Shown here: piece after piece, positions 13,101-25,697 of the stretch
Layout of the letters: each line of letters begins with the position of its first letter
Position numbering within the stretch: position 1 is the stretch's first letter
Assembly (NCBI GenBank): GCA_964304625.1
Contig: OZ199839.1
Location: 387,970-451,969 of the forward strand
Length of the DNA stretch: 64,000 nucleotides
Origin: Kudoa neothunni
Lineage: Eukaryota > Animalia > Cnidaria
Direction of reading: 5' to 3'
Program-made: the position numbers and the translations under genes
The notes under the pieces: model-generated
Told to the model about the DNA's origin: nothing
The model's input: the letters and a program-made list of their open reading frames with translations, nothing else
Databases searched by the model: none

Positions 13101-14829
13101 AAATACAATGACATTGTGACAAAAGCAGCCGCCGAAAAATTGGTGTATTATTTTAAGTTGTTTTTAACGAATTTTTAACATGATATAAATAGCAACTTTA
13201 AAGACGTGGATTCTCTTCAACCTCTTGTGTTGAATAATGAGGAAGAAGAAAAAGCATTGTTCTCGTTGCTACCGCTTCCAAAAAGTTACCGAGGAACTGT
13301 GCGGTTTGATCATTGTTTTCGCATTTATTACAGCTTTTTATTTAGTCTTACCCTAAAACTCTACCCTTCTCTATCTATGTACCTACTGTCTACATGGAAG
13401 TTATGAAATACATTGAAAATTCACTCGAATTCAATGATGATCGTTCTAAGGGGTATTTGTTTCCTTGTTAACCTTATTCTTGTTTCAATGTTAATCTTTA
13501 GCAATGTTGAACTTGAATACGATATGAAAATATCGGCGAAACATTTTTTCAGTTCTACTGTGTGCAGTAAGTTACACTTGAATTGTCTTGTCGGGACTAT
13601 AACTTTTTGTAGAAAATCTACTGACAATTTTAGACTACTGTAAAAATATCGCCAATGTACACACATTCTTGTGAAATGAGAAGGCGATTTAAAATTAATT
13701 GTTAGTATGTGCAAGTTTATTATGATGTCTATTTCTTGGATTCCTATCTACCGGTCCTCGATTCGAAAATCGCACAAACGTCACAAGCATGGACGTACAG
13801 TTATGTTCGGAGGGCCGTTTTAACAAATTGATTGTAGGAACAACGAGTCACATTCGTCCAAACTTAGTCTCAAAAACGACCATGTTTTCAAGGTGATTCC
13901 CTATTATCTTCATTAGTGTAAAAATTAATAATGACAAATTCATTAGAATATTCTCTGTGAGGTGGAAAATTCGTTGTTGGAATTCGTCGAATGCAAAGTC
14001 GATAGTTTTGTTAAAGGTAGTACTTTCTGGTTAATGTTGGTCGTTGAAACATTGTCATAGATATGGTTCTCTCTACTCGTAATGAGCATAAAAAAAAATC
14101 GAATCGTATTCAACTTGCTGAAAAATTGGTTCATTTTCTTGACGCCGCTCTGGAAATTATTTCCAGGATTCCTGTATTTATTCGATCTGTCTTTCGTTCT
14201 TCATTATCAAATCGACCTATTTTTTATTTTTTTATTAAAGAGCGAATCATCCATCAATCTCTCATTACACACAATCAAGCATATTGCTCATTGTGTCTTT
14301 AATGATTTGAACAGTCAACACGTTATACTTACTCCTTATTGTGTGAACACATTATTTGAATGTGCTGAATTATTGTCCAGTAATTACACAACGAGTTTAT
14401 TGCTGTGGGTGTAACGTAAAACGGTTAGATTATATCGTCAATTCACCCAAAATTGACTATGATAGCAAAACCAAACACAGTCTAATCAGTGAACTTACGC
14501 AAGTATTCATTATTAATTGGCCTCATAAATTTATAGTTTCAAAGACGTTAGCTCTCCTCTCCAAAAAGGACTGGGACTATTATTTCAATAACCTTGATAG
14601 AAGTGACAGTTTGTATCACGATGTAAAGCCACAAAGAGTTCTTTCTCTGTACACAAAGTACTTTTCTAGAATGTTTTTGGCTCTAGTATCAAGATCTAGA
14701 TTGAATAACCCTTCAAAAATGAATTTTGTGGGTACATTCCAAAATATGTTTCGTAGCTCTCCCCAAATAGCTAGTAATCCTCCCAACAGTGACCCCATTC
14801 TCAACAAATTGAATCAACTCATAAAATAA
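10140..14829 (+). CDS. EXOC6: Exocyst complex component 6 / Sec15, many small exons and one ~1.1-kb intron (~11438-12575)
   Basis: N-terminal LRNFVTECEDTLHNVCANNYSTLLDSINRIGEVRTDFDRFK matches the Sec15 N-terminus. C-terminal LALLSKKDWDYYFNNLDRSDSLYHDVKPQRVLSLYTK matches the Sec15 'DWSTY...Y.RV.P' motif. Internal exon boundaries are only partly traced. Confidence 0.88.
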
Positions 14830-15183
14830 CTTTTTATCGTTATAACAGTTAGTTTTGTATTCCTCATTGCATTTTTCTTTGTGGAAAATAGGCTCATTAT
14901 ATTAAAATCGACTGATGGATAGTAAAGAAAAATAACGTCTTGATAGAATAACTAACGACATGTTACATTACCACCAATAATGTAAAAACTACAATTTCTC
15001 CACGTGAAACGTATTTCGAGTGATTGCTATTTAACCAACTTTGATATGTAGCAGGTAGAAATTATGAAAACTACTTGTATGTCCGGAAAAATTAAACACC
15101 ATTTATTTATGATGAATTAATTTTAAAAGAATGATTATTTTTATGAGTATATTCATATAAAATTTTGAGCTCTTTATTGTTAA

Positions 15184-16012
15184 CTAGCTGGAACTGCCCA
15201 GCGTTGCTTGGGGAAGATTTCGCCTGGAGGAATTTTTTAATAGCATTCAAAAAATATATTTAAAACTCGAATTAACCCATAGAAACTAAATAACTAAAAA
15301 TTTTTAAGCAACTTGCTATAACGATTTGGATTATGCAATTTAAATTATGATAATTTCTGTGAAGGAAAGTATCAATCCCTGCGTCCATTTAAAAATTTCG
15401 TGGCTCGGCATCAACGCTAAACAAGTTAAGGTCAACGTTGTATTTTTTTCATTCCGAATTATTTAAATCCCGTTAAAGTGTTATCTAAAACGTTATTTTT
15501 TGGCCTGGAGGATTTTTAAAAGTCGAATTCTGGCCTGGCTCGATAACTGGGTGCATCACTAACTTTTTAAGAGATAAAAAAATAGAAAAAATAAAAGAGA
15601 TAGAAGAAAACTTATGAAAATTAATCGATATTGCTAAAATTAGCATCGTTTAGCTCGGCATAAACATACATGCGCTTTTATCATAAACAGCCACAAATCG
15701 CGTCGACTTCAACATAAACAATTTAAATAATTTGGTGAAATAAAAGTACAACCATCCGCATTGAATTTAATCATGTAAAGTAAAACTTAGCGGACAATTT
15801 AATGAAACCTGTGAACGCAGTATTTCCATTATAACGCTCCAATCAACGTAACTTTAACGTTCTCCACGAATTCGTTGTTTATAAAACATATATAGATTTT
15901 TTACCACATTGGAAACCATTAATAGAACTTATAAAATATACTTATCAAGTCATATATGTTAAAACTCCGCAAATAAGAGTGTGTTTAAACAGACATCCAA
16001 ATAGAAACGCCA

Positions 16013-16047
<35 letters not shown>

Positions 16048-16388
16048 ATAGATAGATAGAAGCAGTTAATGAACATATGATGGAGCATATAAGGGAGATA
16101 GTTAACTTCAACCGACCATCACTATGAAATAAGCAAGTGTTAATCCAATAGTTGAACTCATTTAATCCGAAAAGCAAACTTTAAATCGACAAAATCACTA
16201 TTTCATAAATACTTTTTGGAAACTTTAGTAGTCCGAAAACAATTAAACGATTTTTTTAAATATCACAAATTTATAAAAATTTTATATATGGCTCTCTATA
16301 AGGAAAAAATTGTCCGCACATGTGTACTTAGGGGCATACGCACACACAAACAAACATACCGACAGTCCTCTTTTATATATATAAAGGA
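15184..16388 (-). mobile_element. Non-autonomous Helitron, copy 2, with two 5' termini
   Basis: Minus strand starts A^TCCTTTATATATATAAAAGAGGACTGTCGGTATGTTTGTTTGTGTG and ends CCCAAGCAACGCTGGG-N-CTAG^T. A second TC(TTTA)TATATA-type start lies at 16048. Confidence 0.8.
16017..16060. repeat. (TA)n plus (GATA)n microsatellite at the internal Helitron 5' end
   Basis: Directly visible TA run followed by GATAGATAGATAGA. Confidence 0.9.
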
Positions 16389-17150
16389 TTTACTAGTAAT
16401 AAAGATGGATTATAAAATTGTTTAGACTAATCTATGCGTAGAACTCAAATCAACTACTTTAGTTCATCCTTAATTTCCTATGAAAAATTTATTTTAACAT
16501 TCAAACTAATTGAGCTAAACGTTTAGTAACTCAGAAAAGTCAAAGGCCGCGAGTCTTATTTTTGGAAGTGACCGCCTCTATGGGTCAACACTGGGGGAAC
16601 TATGCATGAAAAAATCACGTATGTTCTTTGTAGGGTCGTTTTTGAATCTCAGAAATTAAACTTAATTTTTTAAAAGAAGTTTCTGCATACAAATTTTCTT
16701 ATAGCTATAATTTTCAATATAACTTTTATAACCGCTTGAAAATTTTATTTAGTCATTGAATTACCAAAAATTGCGATAGACGGACGGATAAACTATTAAT
16801 TATTGTTACGAATAAATGGACCAAAATTAAAATCAACATTATTATTTAACAGATATCTAATCAAACCTTTATGATTAAGTATCTGATAGAGTAAAATAAA
16901 ATATTTTTTAATATCGAAATTTAAAAATGTATTAATATGTCATTACACATTATTTGCGAAAAACTTCATTAATCCGTAAAAACAAGAAAAGATTAAATAT
17001 CGATATTGGTGGCGTTTAACCTTAAAAGTAACACTAATTCAGATTATCCTTGAGTATTGACGGGATCCATTTGTAAAATGGATTTTCATTTTAATCTTTT
17101 GCTTATATAGGTATTTTCTGTATATTTTAAATTTGTTGGGTAAAAAATTA

Positions 17151-17230
17151 CCGTATATAATCCTGTATAAGTCTCACTTTTTTTTCAAAAAACTCTATTT
17201 CAAAAATCGCGTGCGACTTATACACGAGAC
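17151..17230 (+). mobile_element. Tc1/mariner-type terminal fragment
   Basis: TA-CCGTATATAATCCTGTATAAGTC...GCGACTTATACACGAG, a typical TcMar terminus with an internal inverted motif. The partner end was not found. Confidence 0.5.
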
Positions 17231-17636
17231 ATCGACATAAAACTTAGGCTGGTAGTTAGTAAAATATATAAATCATCCATAATAAAGTTATGTTCTACTT
17301 TTTATCATTATATATATAAAAAAATATTGTTTTAATTAAAATGACGGAATTGTTTTGTTGATATTTAACCTTATAAGTCACTTGAAAATTACACCCTCTA
17401 AAATTAGATATATAAGTCACTCCATCTCCATCGTGCAGAGTCAGAATGTGGGATCTAATTCTGAGGTAGACAGCAGTGATATAACCCTTGAACACCTGAG
17501 GAAAAAAGTGACACGAATACCTGGAGGTGGCAATTGTGACCACATGCAAAAATGTATTAAAATAATAAACGTCGTTGCACTTAAGATTAATAACATAATT
17601 ATTTACGTTATTTTTTACATTTTAAAATATGATGTA

Positions 17637-17930
17637 CTAACGGGAACTGCCTAGTGTTGCTTGGGGAATATTTCGAATAGAGACATTTTTTAATAACATT
17701 TAAAAAATACATTGAAGTTTTGGATCGACCCATAGAAGCATTATAGCCAACAATTTTTAAGCATCGTACTAACAAAGATTGTAATTAGCTAAATTGAAAT
17801 AATGATCATTTCTGTGAACGAGTGTACCGATCTCGGTGTTAAATTAACATTTTTGTGACCCAGCACCAAAACTAAATAATTCAGCGTCAGGGCCGTATTT
17901 AATTTGCATCCCCAAGTCATTTAAATTCCC
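17637..17930 (-). mobile_element. Helitron 3' portion, copy 3
   Basis: Colinear with 6182-6470 and 15184-15475 (GAACTGCC.AG.GTT..TTGGGGAA.ATTTCG). Confidence 0.8.
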
Positions 17931-17934
17931 TTAA

Positions 17935-18837
17935 CCTTCTAAGTAACTGACAAATTTACACCCCCCCCCCCAAATAAAAATGGGGTAGAAATCTACCCAC
18001 TTTTTTATTTGATGAAATTGTCTCAAATAAAATTCAGTATTGATCAACGAAATATGAGGAAAATTCATTGAATTAATTATGAATAAATGACCAATTTTTA
18101 ACTATATATTCTATGTACGCACGCGCATACTTTCATGTTTTTACGTTTCCTTGGAGAATGATTGTATTTATAGGTGTATTTAGTTTTAACATTTAATTCA
18201 AGCTTCATAACAGCTACAAATAATTTTTTTTAGTTTAAACAACGCAGGATAATACCTCGAAGAAAAACACAAAATGATGGCAAATAATGCTTATTTCACA
18301 GAAACGTTATCACATATGATTTAAACTCTTTCTAAAACACAAAAATTGTCAAAATGTTGAATAATTATATCACATATTTTTTGAATGTTCTCCACAATAA
18401 GAAACTAGGAATTCAGACTAACAGTTTTCCCATATGTTTTTGGGTGCGCGCTACAACGTAGAAATAAGCAAATTAATGAAATCATCGTATTTTGAATGAG
18501 TGGTATAAAAATAATGAGATAGAAAGGAGCTATCGTTGTATTCAAGAGAGGATTCCACGCATAGTACATGGTGTTTCGTTATTTATTTATTTTTTACTCA
18601 ATAGAATTTTCGGAAATTTTTAAAAATGACATTTGTCAATATTTTAAATAATTTTATTTGGAAGGTGTTTATATATTTACTTTTTTGGTATATGGAAAAA
18701 AAATTTCATTTTTCCGAAAAATTTTATGAAGATAAAAGATTACAAAAACTGGGGAGGAGTAATGTTCCATTAATTCGCTATAATATTGTGGGATAAATTC
18801 ACTTGGAGTAGAAATCCACCCCACTTTACTTCGAAGA
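17935..18837. mobile_element. piggyBac-type MITE, family B, copy 1
   Basis: TTAA on both sides; termini CCTTCTAAGTAA and TTACTTCGAAGA; subterminal GGGGTAGAAATCTACCC palindromes. Homologous to 25698-26598 and 28547-28630. Confidence 0.8.
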
Positions 18838-18841
18838 TTAA

Positions 18842-19307
18842 GGACTATTAAATTAGTTGTTTATACATTTTCCAGTTAATAATTACTTCTTAGACTCAAG
18901 GTAGGAGCCAATTTACCAAATAACACTCAATAATTGCCTTAAACGATAGAGCGTTTTGAATGGAAGGATTTATAATACTAAAAATAATAATATAGCTATA
19001 ATTAGGAAAAACTTAAATTAGAAAGTGTTATGGATACGGATAAACTTTAATATTCTATATTTCTGAACAACAGCCATTAATAATGACTTACTGTTAATTT
19101 TTTTTAAATAATATGTAAAAATAAAATAAATAGTTCCATCATAGTGAAATATAGAAACCGATGTTTAACATGAGAATTATGTTGCTGGCTTCACCGTCAT
19201 ATATACGATTATACGATTAGAAGAAAAATTTATTTTTTCGAACTGCTTCTGACAAAAAAAGTCGTAAAAACGCTAAAAAGGGGGAAACACACGCTCCACA
19301 ATTACCG
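18842..19307. mobile_element. Right arm of the Merlin-like element family seen at 7308-9813
   Basis: Colinear with 9285-9812 and ends CACACGCTCCACAATTACC-G. Confidence 0.75.
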
Positions 19308-20020
19308 CTTTTTTTATATATTTAACTAGTTAAGCGCCATTATTTATATGGCGGGCATGGCATGTTCAGGTTTGTATGTAACTTTTTTTATTTTTAAGCG
19401 AAAATATTAAACGGAAAACTCAATTATTTAAATATTTTTAAACGCATCATTATATTACAAAATGAACCGAGGGAAATAAAATATTTTGTAAAAGTTATTG
19501 ATATAATAAGCGCTGATTGACCACAGTGGCCACCTCCACCTCCAGATCCAGATATTCGAGGGTTAAACGATTCAAACAGCACACATGTCGGAATTAATTC
19601 AGCTGTTCAAACCTGACCTAAGCTGCTTTCGTTTTGGCGCTCATGACAATGTCCACACCATCCATTACCCACTGTAATCTATTTAAAACCTTTAGATATT
19701 ATTGTTTGATCCACATAACAGCATTAATCCGATTAATGGTATTAAAGATTATTTGGCATCGAACGGATTTGAGTAGGAACATATTTGAACCAAGTATAAC
19801 CATTAGTTTTACGAAAATGAGTGGGTTCCTGACTTAATGCATAAATCAACTAACATTAGAACTATTGTATGGTTAAATTGGTGATCCTCACTGGTAGTTT
19901 GGCGTATTATCCGAAACTCGCGTATCGGGCACTCAATCACTTTTCTCTATACAAACCTATTAGCTTTATTAACCCGATAACCGATAGGTAACGACCTATT
20001 GGTGACCAATCCGAACAAAA

Positions 20021-20968
20021 ATGGCTTCATCCAACGGTCATGAATTTATGATCGAAATTAAAGATGTACCACTTATATCGGACTCATTGTTTGCCTATGT
20101 TATTAAGCCTGTTGTCAAATTGGTATGTGTAATTTTTTGGCTGATAGGGGGTGTGTATTGTCCATAAACCTTACAAAAGTGTATTTTCATTTTTTTGATA
20201 ACGTTATCATTTAGGTGTGTGATTTGGATTCCAAGTCCATTCTCAATTGTTGGAAACGAATTCAACACTCAGAACCAGGATTTTCTTTCTATGTAGTAAT
20301 GGAAATTATCAAACGTGAAAAAAAAGATAGAGAATTTTGGAGATTTTTTCTTCTAATGACTCACAAGTATTGTGACTCGTATGAGGTGGATCTAGATCCT
20401 TCACTGTTTAAATTGTCAGAATACGCAATGAGTAATTCAAAAGTTGGTTTTAGACGCTGTTCTAATACCGATTTTGTATTAAGAACTAATTAAATGCATT
20501 GCCAAGGTGCACCTAATTGTCGATGATAATACATGGATACCAACTTTATCAAAGTAAGTCATCCATGCTTCTCCTCTGAATTTTGTTTTGTTTGCACAAT
20601 TGTTGGACGGCCGAACTAACTTAAAAATGAATCTAGAGATATATCGGTTGAATTGAGAAATCTAATTATCTCCATTACCGAAGTCAATCAACATCTAAAT
20701 ATGAAATACCCTTATAATCGAATCAAAACAGTAGGTTTTATTTTTGGGGGGATCTCCCATCTATATTTTATTTATTCAATAGAAAATCGAAGAGACAAGA
20801 ACTCAATTTTTATATCAATCCAAAATATTTGTTAATTGCCTTAAAGATTACGCTTTTTCACAAAACACCAAATCGCTCTTCCAAAGCGCTAACATTTTCG
20901 TTTGTTACATCAATAATCTTTTGCGAAATTATGAGATCATTTCCAAGATCATCCAGACCAACCAATGA
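20021..20968 (+). CDS. PDCD10: Programmed cell death 10 / CCM3, 5 exons, highly divergent
   Basis: Spliced product MASSNGHEFMIEIKDVPLISDSLFAYVIKPVVKL|VCDLDSKSILNCWKRIQHSEPGFSFYVVMEIIKR...DISVELRNLIISITEV...KIEETRTQFLYQSKIFVNCLKDY...SLFQSANIFVCYINNLL aligns by eye along the whole of human PDCD10 ([60 protein letters not shown]). Confidence 0.85.
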
Positions 20969-21274
20969 TTTCTATTGATTAGATTTATTTTTACTGTAAA
21001 ACATGTGATAACTTATTCATCAAGTTGTATCATTTATGTATACATATATATTGATGTAATTAATTATTGGATAGACTGTTTTTATTAGAAATTCTTCCAT
21101 ATATTCACCTTTAGTTTTATATTAATCGATGGGTTGGAAATAAACCTTATAAACCGAATTCAAAAAATAGAATTCAACACTTGTGAATGAGTCGACAATT
21201 GTCACCTTTAAATGAGTGTGAGGTCATTTTTGGCCGTAGGATGGAAATAGTAGTTTTACGAGTAGATTACTTAA

Positions 21275-23562
21275 CCCTCTAACACTTTTGGGGTGTAATA
21301 CACCCCAGAACGATATTGTTATTGACACATCTTCCTTATTAGTTTTGCCTGTCGCTATAAATTCTAGCTATTCCTTTAGTTTATGTTACTCTTCAAATTT
21401 TAATTAAAAAAAATTGGAAAAAATAAAAATTTAAATAAAAAATACCCTCCAACACTTTTGGGGTGTAAAACACCCCAGATTTTTTTCGCTTAAATAATAG
21501 GAATAAATATATTTGTTACGGATACGTAATATTAATGGCATGAAATCCATAGTTATTCCAAAATCATGAGATTCGTAAGGCAGTTACATGAGTTCGCCTG
21601 CGCAATAGTTATCCGATATAATAAATGCGCACGCCTTGTATATTTGACACTGTGAAAATGAGCGGTCTTAGTGAGTATAGTGACGATTTATGTTCATCTG
21701 GCAGCGAATTCGAGGATCAAATTATAGAAGAGGATGAAATTACTGATGATGACGCTGAAATTCCGGAAGCACATGGCAACATGTTTACAAGCAAATGCGG
21801 AATTACGTGGAGCTTATCCAAGCCACCTACAACTAAAACATGCCAAGAAAACATTATGAATTCCTTGCCTGGAGCTACAGCTTATGCAACGTCAAAGATA
21901 CTATGCTTACTAGATTGCTTCCTCCTGTTTTTCAACAATGATATATGTCATCAGATTATTTCATTTACCAACGTGTTTGGAATACACCATTTTAAAGAAG
22001 ATTAGATTGAATTAGACCTTGTGAAATTTAAAGGTTACCTTGGTCTTCTCGTATTGATGGCTACCCATAAAGACCGACAAGAGCCTTTATGCGAGCTCTT
22101 CGGTGTAAAAGAAGACAAGGAAATATACAGAAGGCTTTTTTCACTCAAATTACTCGAGAACTCCATTTCGATGATTTTAATACACGATTGGAACGAAAAA
22201 AAAATGATAAATTTTGCCCAATCCGTGACGTATGGAATCAATGGGTTGATTTATTGCCCCGCTGTTTTTCACCAAATCAAGACGTAACCGTAGATAAGCA
22301 ACTTGTTTCGTTCAAGGGAAGGTGCCCATTCCGACAGTACATGCCAATGAATCCGGCAAAATATGGCCTAAAGTTTTTTCTCTTAGTCGATCCAGTGGCA
22401 AATTATGTCTGTAACATCAGTGTATATCTTGGGAAAAATAACTATGAAACCATTCGACAATTCGGATTGAGTGAAAATGTTGTTCTCTCACTGTCTACGC
22501 CACTTTTCCATTCAGGTAGGAATGTTGTAGCGGACAATTTTTTTTCATCACTCTCCCTTGCGAAAAATTTATTGCAGAAAAAGCTTACCTTCCTGGGAAC
22601 AGTTCGGAAAAACAAAAAAGAGATACCTCCTTGCCTTCTTCCCTCAAGAAAAAGAATCCTCTACAGTAGTACTTTCGTGTATTACGAAAAATTCATGTTG
22701 ACGTCCTATGTTTGTAATAAGTCAAAAGCAGTAATTCTGTTGACTAGTGGTACTACTGATGATTCTGTTAGCGACGAGTCAACTAAGTGTAAGCCCCAAG
22801 TGATTCTAAACTATAACGAATCAAAAGGGGGAGTTGATAACATTGATAGGATGTTAGCGTCGGTTTCTGTACGCAAATTATTCACAAGAAGGTGGCCTCT
22901 AATAGTGTTTTTTAACATGGTTAATTTGTCTCTAATTAATGCATCTGCAATATTTAAGGATATTTTTAATGATAGTACCACAACTAGGCGTAATTTTTTG
23001 AAACAGATGTCCGAAGAACTTTACAATCCATTATTGGCAAGAAATTCGTCCGAGAATAAAGTAATAAAAAAAACATCTAAGAAAATTCTCTTTCCGAAAA
23101 AGAATCCTCCTACGAGCTCCAAACAATCTAGATGTGAGTACTGTGCACGAGGTAAAGATAAAAAACAAATAAATGGTGCCAGAGATGCTACAAATATTAT
23201 TGTTTAGATCACCCCTCAAACATTTGTTTTAAGTGCAATTAGTAAAAATATTTTTTCTTGTTTGGTTGTATTCTCATTAATACGTGTTTCGAGTTAATCA
23301 TGTTGTGCAAAAAACCTATTTATAAGCATTAAGTTGACCCATAATATCAAACGATTTTTTACGAACATCTTCCGATGTTGTTACGAAGAGATTTAATGCT
23401 TGAAGCTAGGGCATATTTTCCTCTGTTCGCTACCGGCGATTTCGGCATTATCTTAAAATTATGATCATTCGATTTATCTAAGTATTATTATGCAATAAAA
23501 AAGTGGGGTGTTTTACACCCCCAAAGTGTTAAAGGTATATGTTTTTTTGGATAGTTAGAGGG
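21275..23562 (+). mobile_element. Full-length piggyBac transposon (~2.29 kb)
   Basis: TTAA TSDs at 21271-21274 and 23563-23566; TIR CCCTCTAAC/GTTAGAGGG; internal palindromes GGGGTGTAA(T/A)ACACCCC twice on the left and once on the right. Confidence 0.95.
21625..23241 (+). pseudogene. piggyBac transposase (PGBD4-like), disrupted
   Basis: Acidic N-terminus and DDD motifs VTVD, VADNFFSS and GGVDNID. In-frame TAG at 22003 where a Trp is expected, a frameshift near 22150, and a Cys-rich domain (CEYC...WCQRCYKYYCLDH..ICFKCN) shifted out of frame in an A-run near 23160. Confidence 0.9.
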
Positions 23563-23799
23563 TTAATATCATGCTTTTGTGAATGCGCATGTGCGCACGT
23601 GCGTGCGCACATTGGGAAAATTTGGCGGTTGCGCGAACACTTTTTCTGGTTTTTATTCATTCTCTCGTCGCACTAATAATAACGTTCATAGACAGATCTG
23701 AAAAAATTTCGTAATAATTTTCTTATTTTTCACAGAGTATTTTGAAAATAAACAAGGTAGTTTAAGATAGAATTATTTTCTCGACAAGAAATTTGTTAT

Positions 23800-24190
23800 T
23801 TCTCTTGTTTTAAACGAAGTTTATATTATTTTCCAAAAGGAAAAATTTTACTCTGTAACGTGTTCCAGTATTTCGGTGTGATGGATCTTGAATAATTTCT
23901 TTATTCCTTTTAGATTTTCTATTTAATTTGTTCAATTTTAGAATAACTCTCAAAGCAAACTCATGGAACTGTCCTCGAATGTTCGATCCATTGTTTCACT
24001 CTTATATCGAGTAGTTGGAATTTTTTTCTGAGAGATTTGCGATAAAATCTTAAATCGCCTAAAATAAAGTCAGAAAATATTTTTGATTCCGTTGACACAA
24101 TTGTTTTCAATGTGCTGATTGATTTAAGGCCGGAGCGCTTAACGATGTTCGCTTTAGAGCCACTCTTTGATCCAAATTTTTCCAATTATT
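23800..24190 (-). pseudogene. pogo/Tigger-like transposase N-terminal (HTH / CENP-B-type) remnant
   Basis: ORF NIVKRSGLKSISTLKTIV...RKSLRKKFQLLDIRVKQWIEHSR resembles the psq-HTH to CENP-B linker of pogo transposases; downstream sequence is full of stops. Confidence 0.5.
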
Positions 24191-25697
24191 AAATAATCAA
24201 CACGTTTTCTTCAAGTAAGCGCTAATTTTTCCTATTTTTCCCGCCAAAAAAATTATTGCTCAAATTTATAATAATATTTCTCAATATATTTTACTCTTAT
24301 CTCTCAATTCAAATCTATAGTTAATCCGTATATTTTGAATTTTTCAAAAATTTCTAAAACTGCGCGATAACCCTGTGCTAATATAAATGATGAAGTCTCT
24401 TTCCACAACAATGACAAATGCGCAGAGATTATAAGATTAATTTTATTCCCATTAGTTTCGTATGTTATTAAGCGAATAACAAAATTTTAATCAATCATAC
24501 TATTTTTCTATATTTTATTTTACCATAAAAACAGTTTATACGACTAATTCTAGCGCTTAAAAACAAATGCTACAACTTGGAAAGAATTCAATGCTATATG
24601 TGATTTTTAAAATAAGCTATTGATTATAAATAACTTTTTACTTTATTTCTCATATTTATTTTTGGTAACAAATATTTTGGTAAACGATTGCACTATTAGA
24701 GAAAACAAGTTATCGATGAGTCCTGACAAGATGACTAATGATGTAATAATGAGAATAATTTTATGGTTTTTCTCCTTACAACTGAAAATTTCGTTAGAGA
24801 TTTGTAACTCTGCTAATCTCATAATACCATTGACATCAAAGTTCAACTTTTTAGTTCATTTTAAATTTAACTATGCCATGGTTATCAAAAATGTGGACGC
24901 AATGTTTTACGACCGTTCTTTATTTCGTACCAACTACCACGTAACCACCTACTAAGATTGGTAAAACCATCTGAGGTCAGTATAGAAACAGTTATGATCC
25001 TCATATGGATCATGAATGTATAAATTGAGGCCGTAATTTTTGATTAAAATCGATATACGTCGAAAAGCGTAGAATTTTTTAAAATATTTCCACATTTTCT
25101 GTTTTATTATGGGAAGAAAACGCAGACGAATCGACAATTATATAGCCGAATAAACAGATTATTTAAATGAGGAAATCGATCTAATAAATATACTAAAATT
25201 TGTTAACGTCGATCAACGAGAAATTCCACAACAATAGTTGTTGAAACTTTCACCCCATAAAAATGATAAAATGATAGGTCATGGGTTTATTGAGAATAAA
25301 CAAATCGAAGTATTTCGTATTGTCTAGAGTAGGCCAAGATTTGGTGCATACATTGATGTCATCTAAAGCAATGGAAAAAAGTTTCTCAAAATTTATGCAA
25401 TGATTCTAGCGTTTTAATGAATCAGAATGCTCTAAATATGTTATTTATAGTTGTTTCATTGACATTTAGATTAATAATAAAATTAATGTTGCGCGTGCGC
25501 GAGTTTTTTAATAGGCGTCGAATTTTTTAAAAACAATCGTCGAAAATTATGGCTTATGGTTATAAACAATAATTAAACCGAATCAAAACATAATTTTGCA
25601 TCTGAATATGGCGAATAAAATAATGAATCGAACTTCAATGAATTCATTCAAAACTCACAATGACACCAAAATGTACGAAAATAATAACTACCAAATA

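Noticed and set aside
19552-19566. Minus-strand TTAACCCT as a telomerase RNA template
   Set aside because: It is too short, lies near the 3' end of the candidate RNA, and no pseudoknot, P6.1 or well-placed H/ACA boxes were found.
23575-23640. TGCGCATGTGCGCAC (NRF1-like) purine-pyrimidine tract as a regulatory site
   Set aside because: Similar tracts recur inside TEs across the window and no gene start is adjacent.
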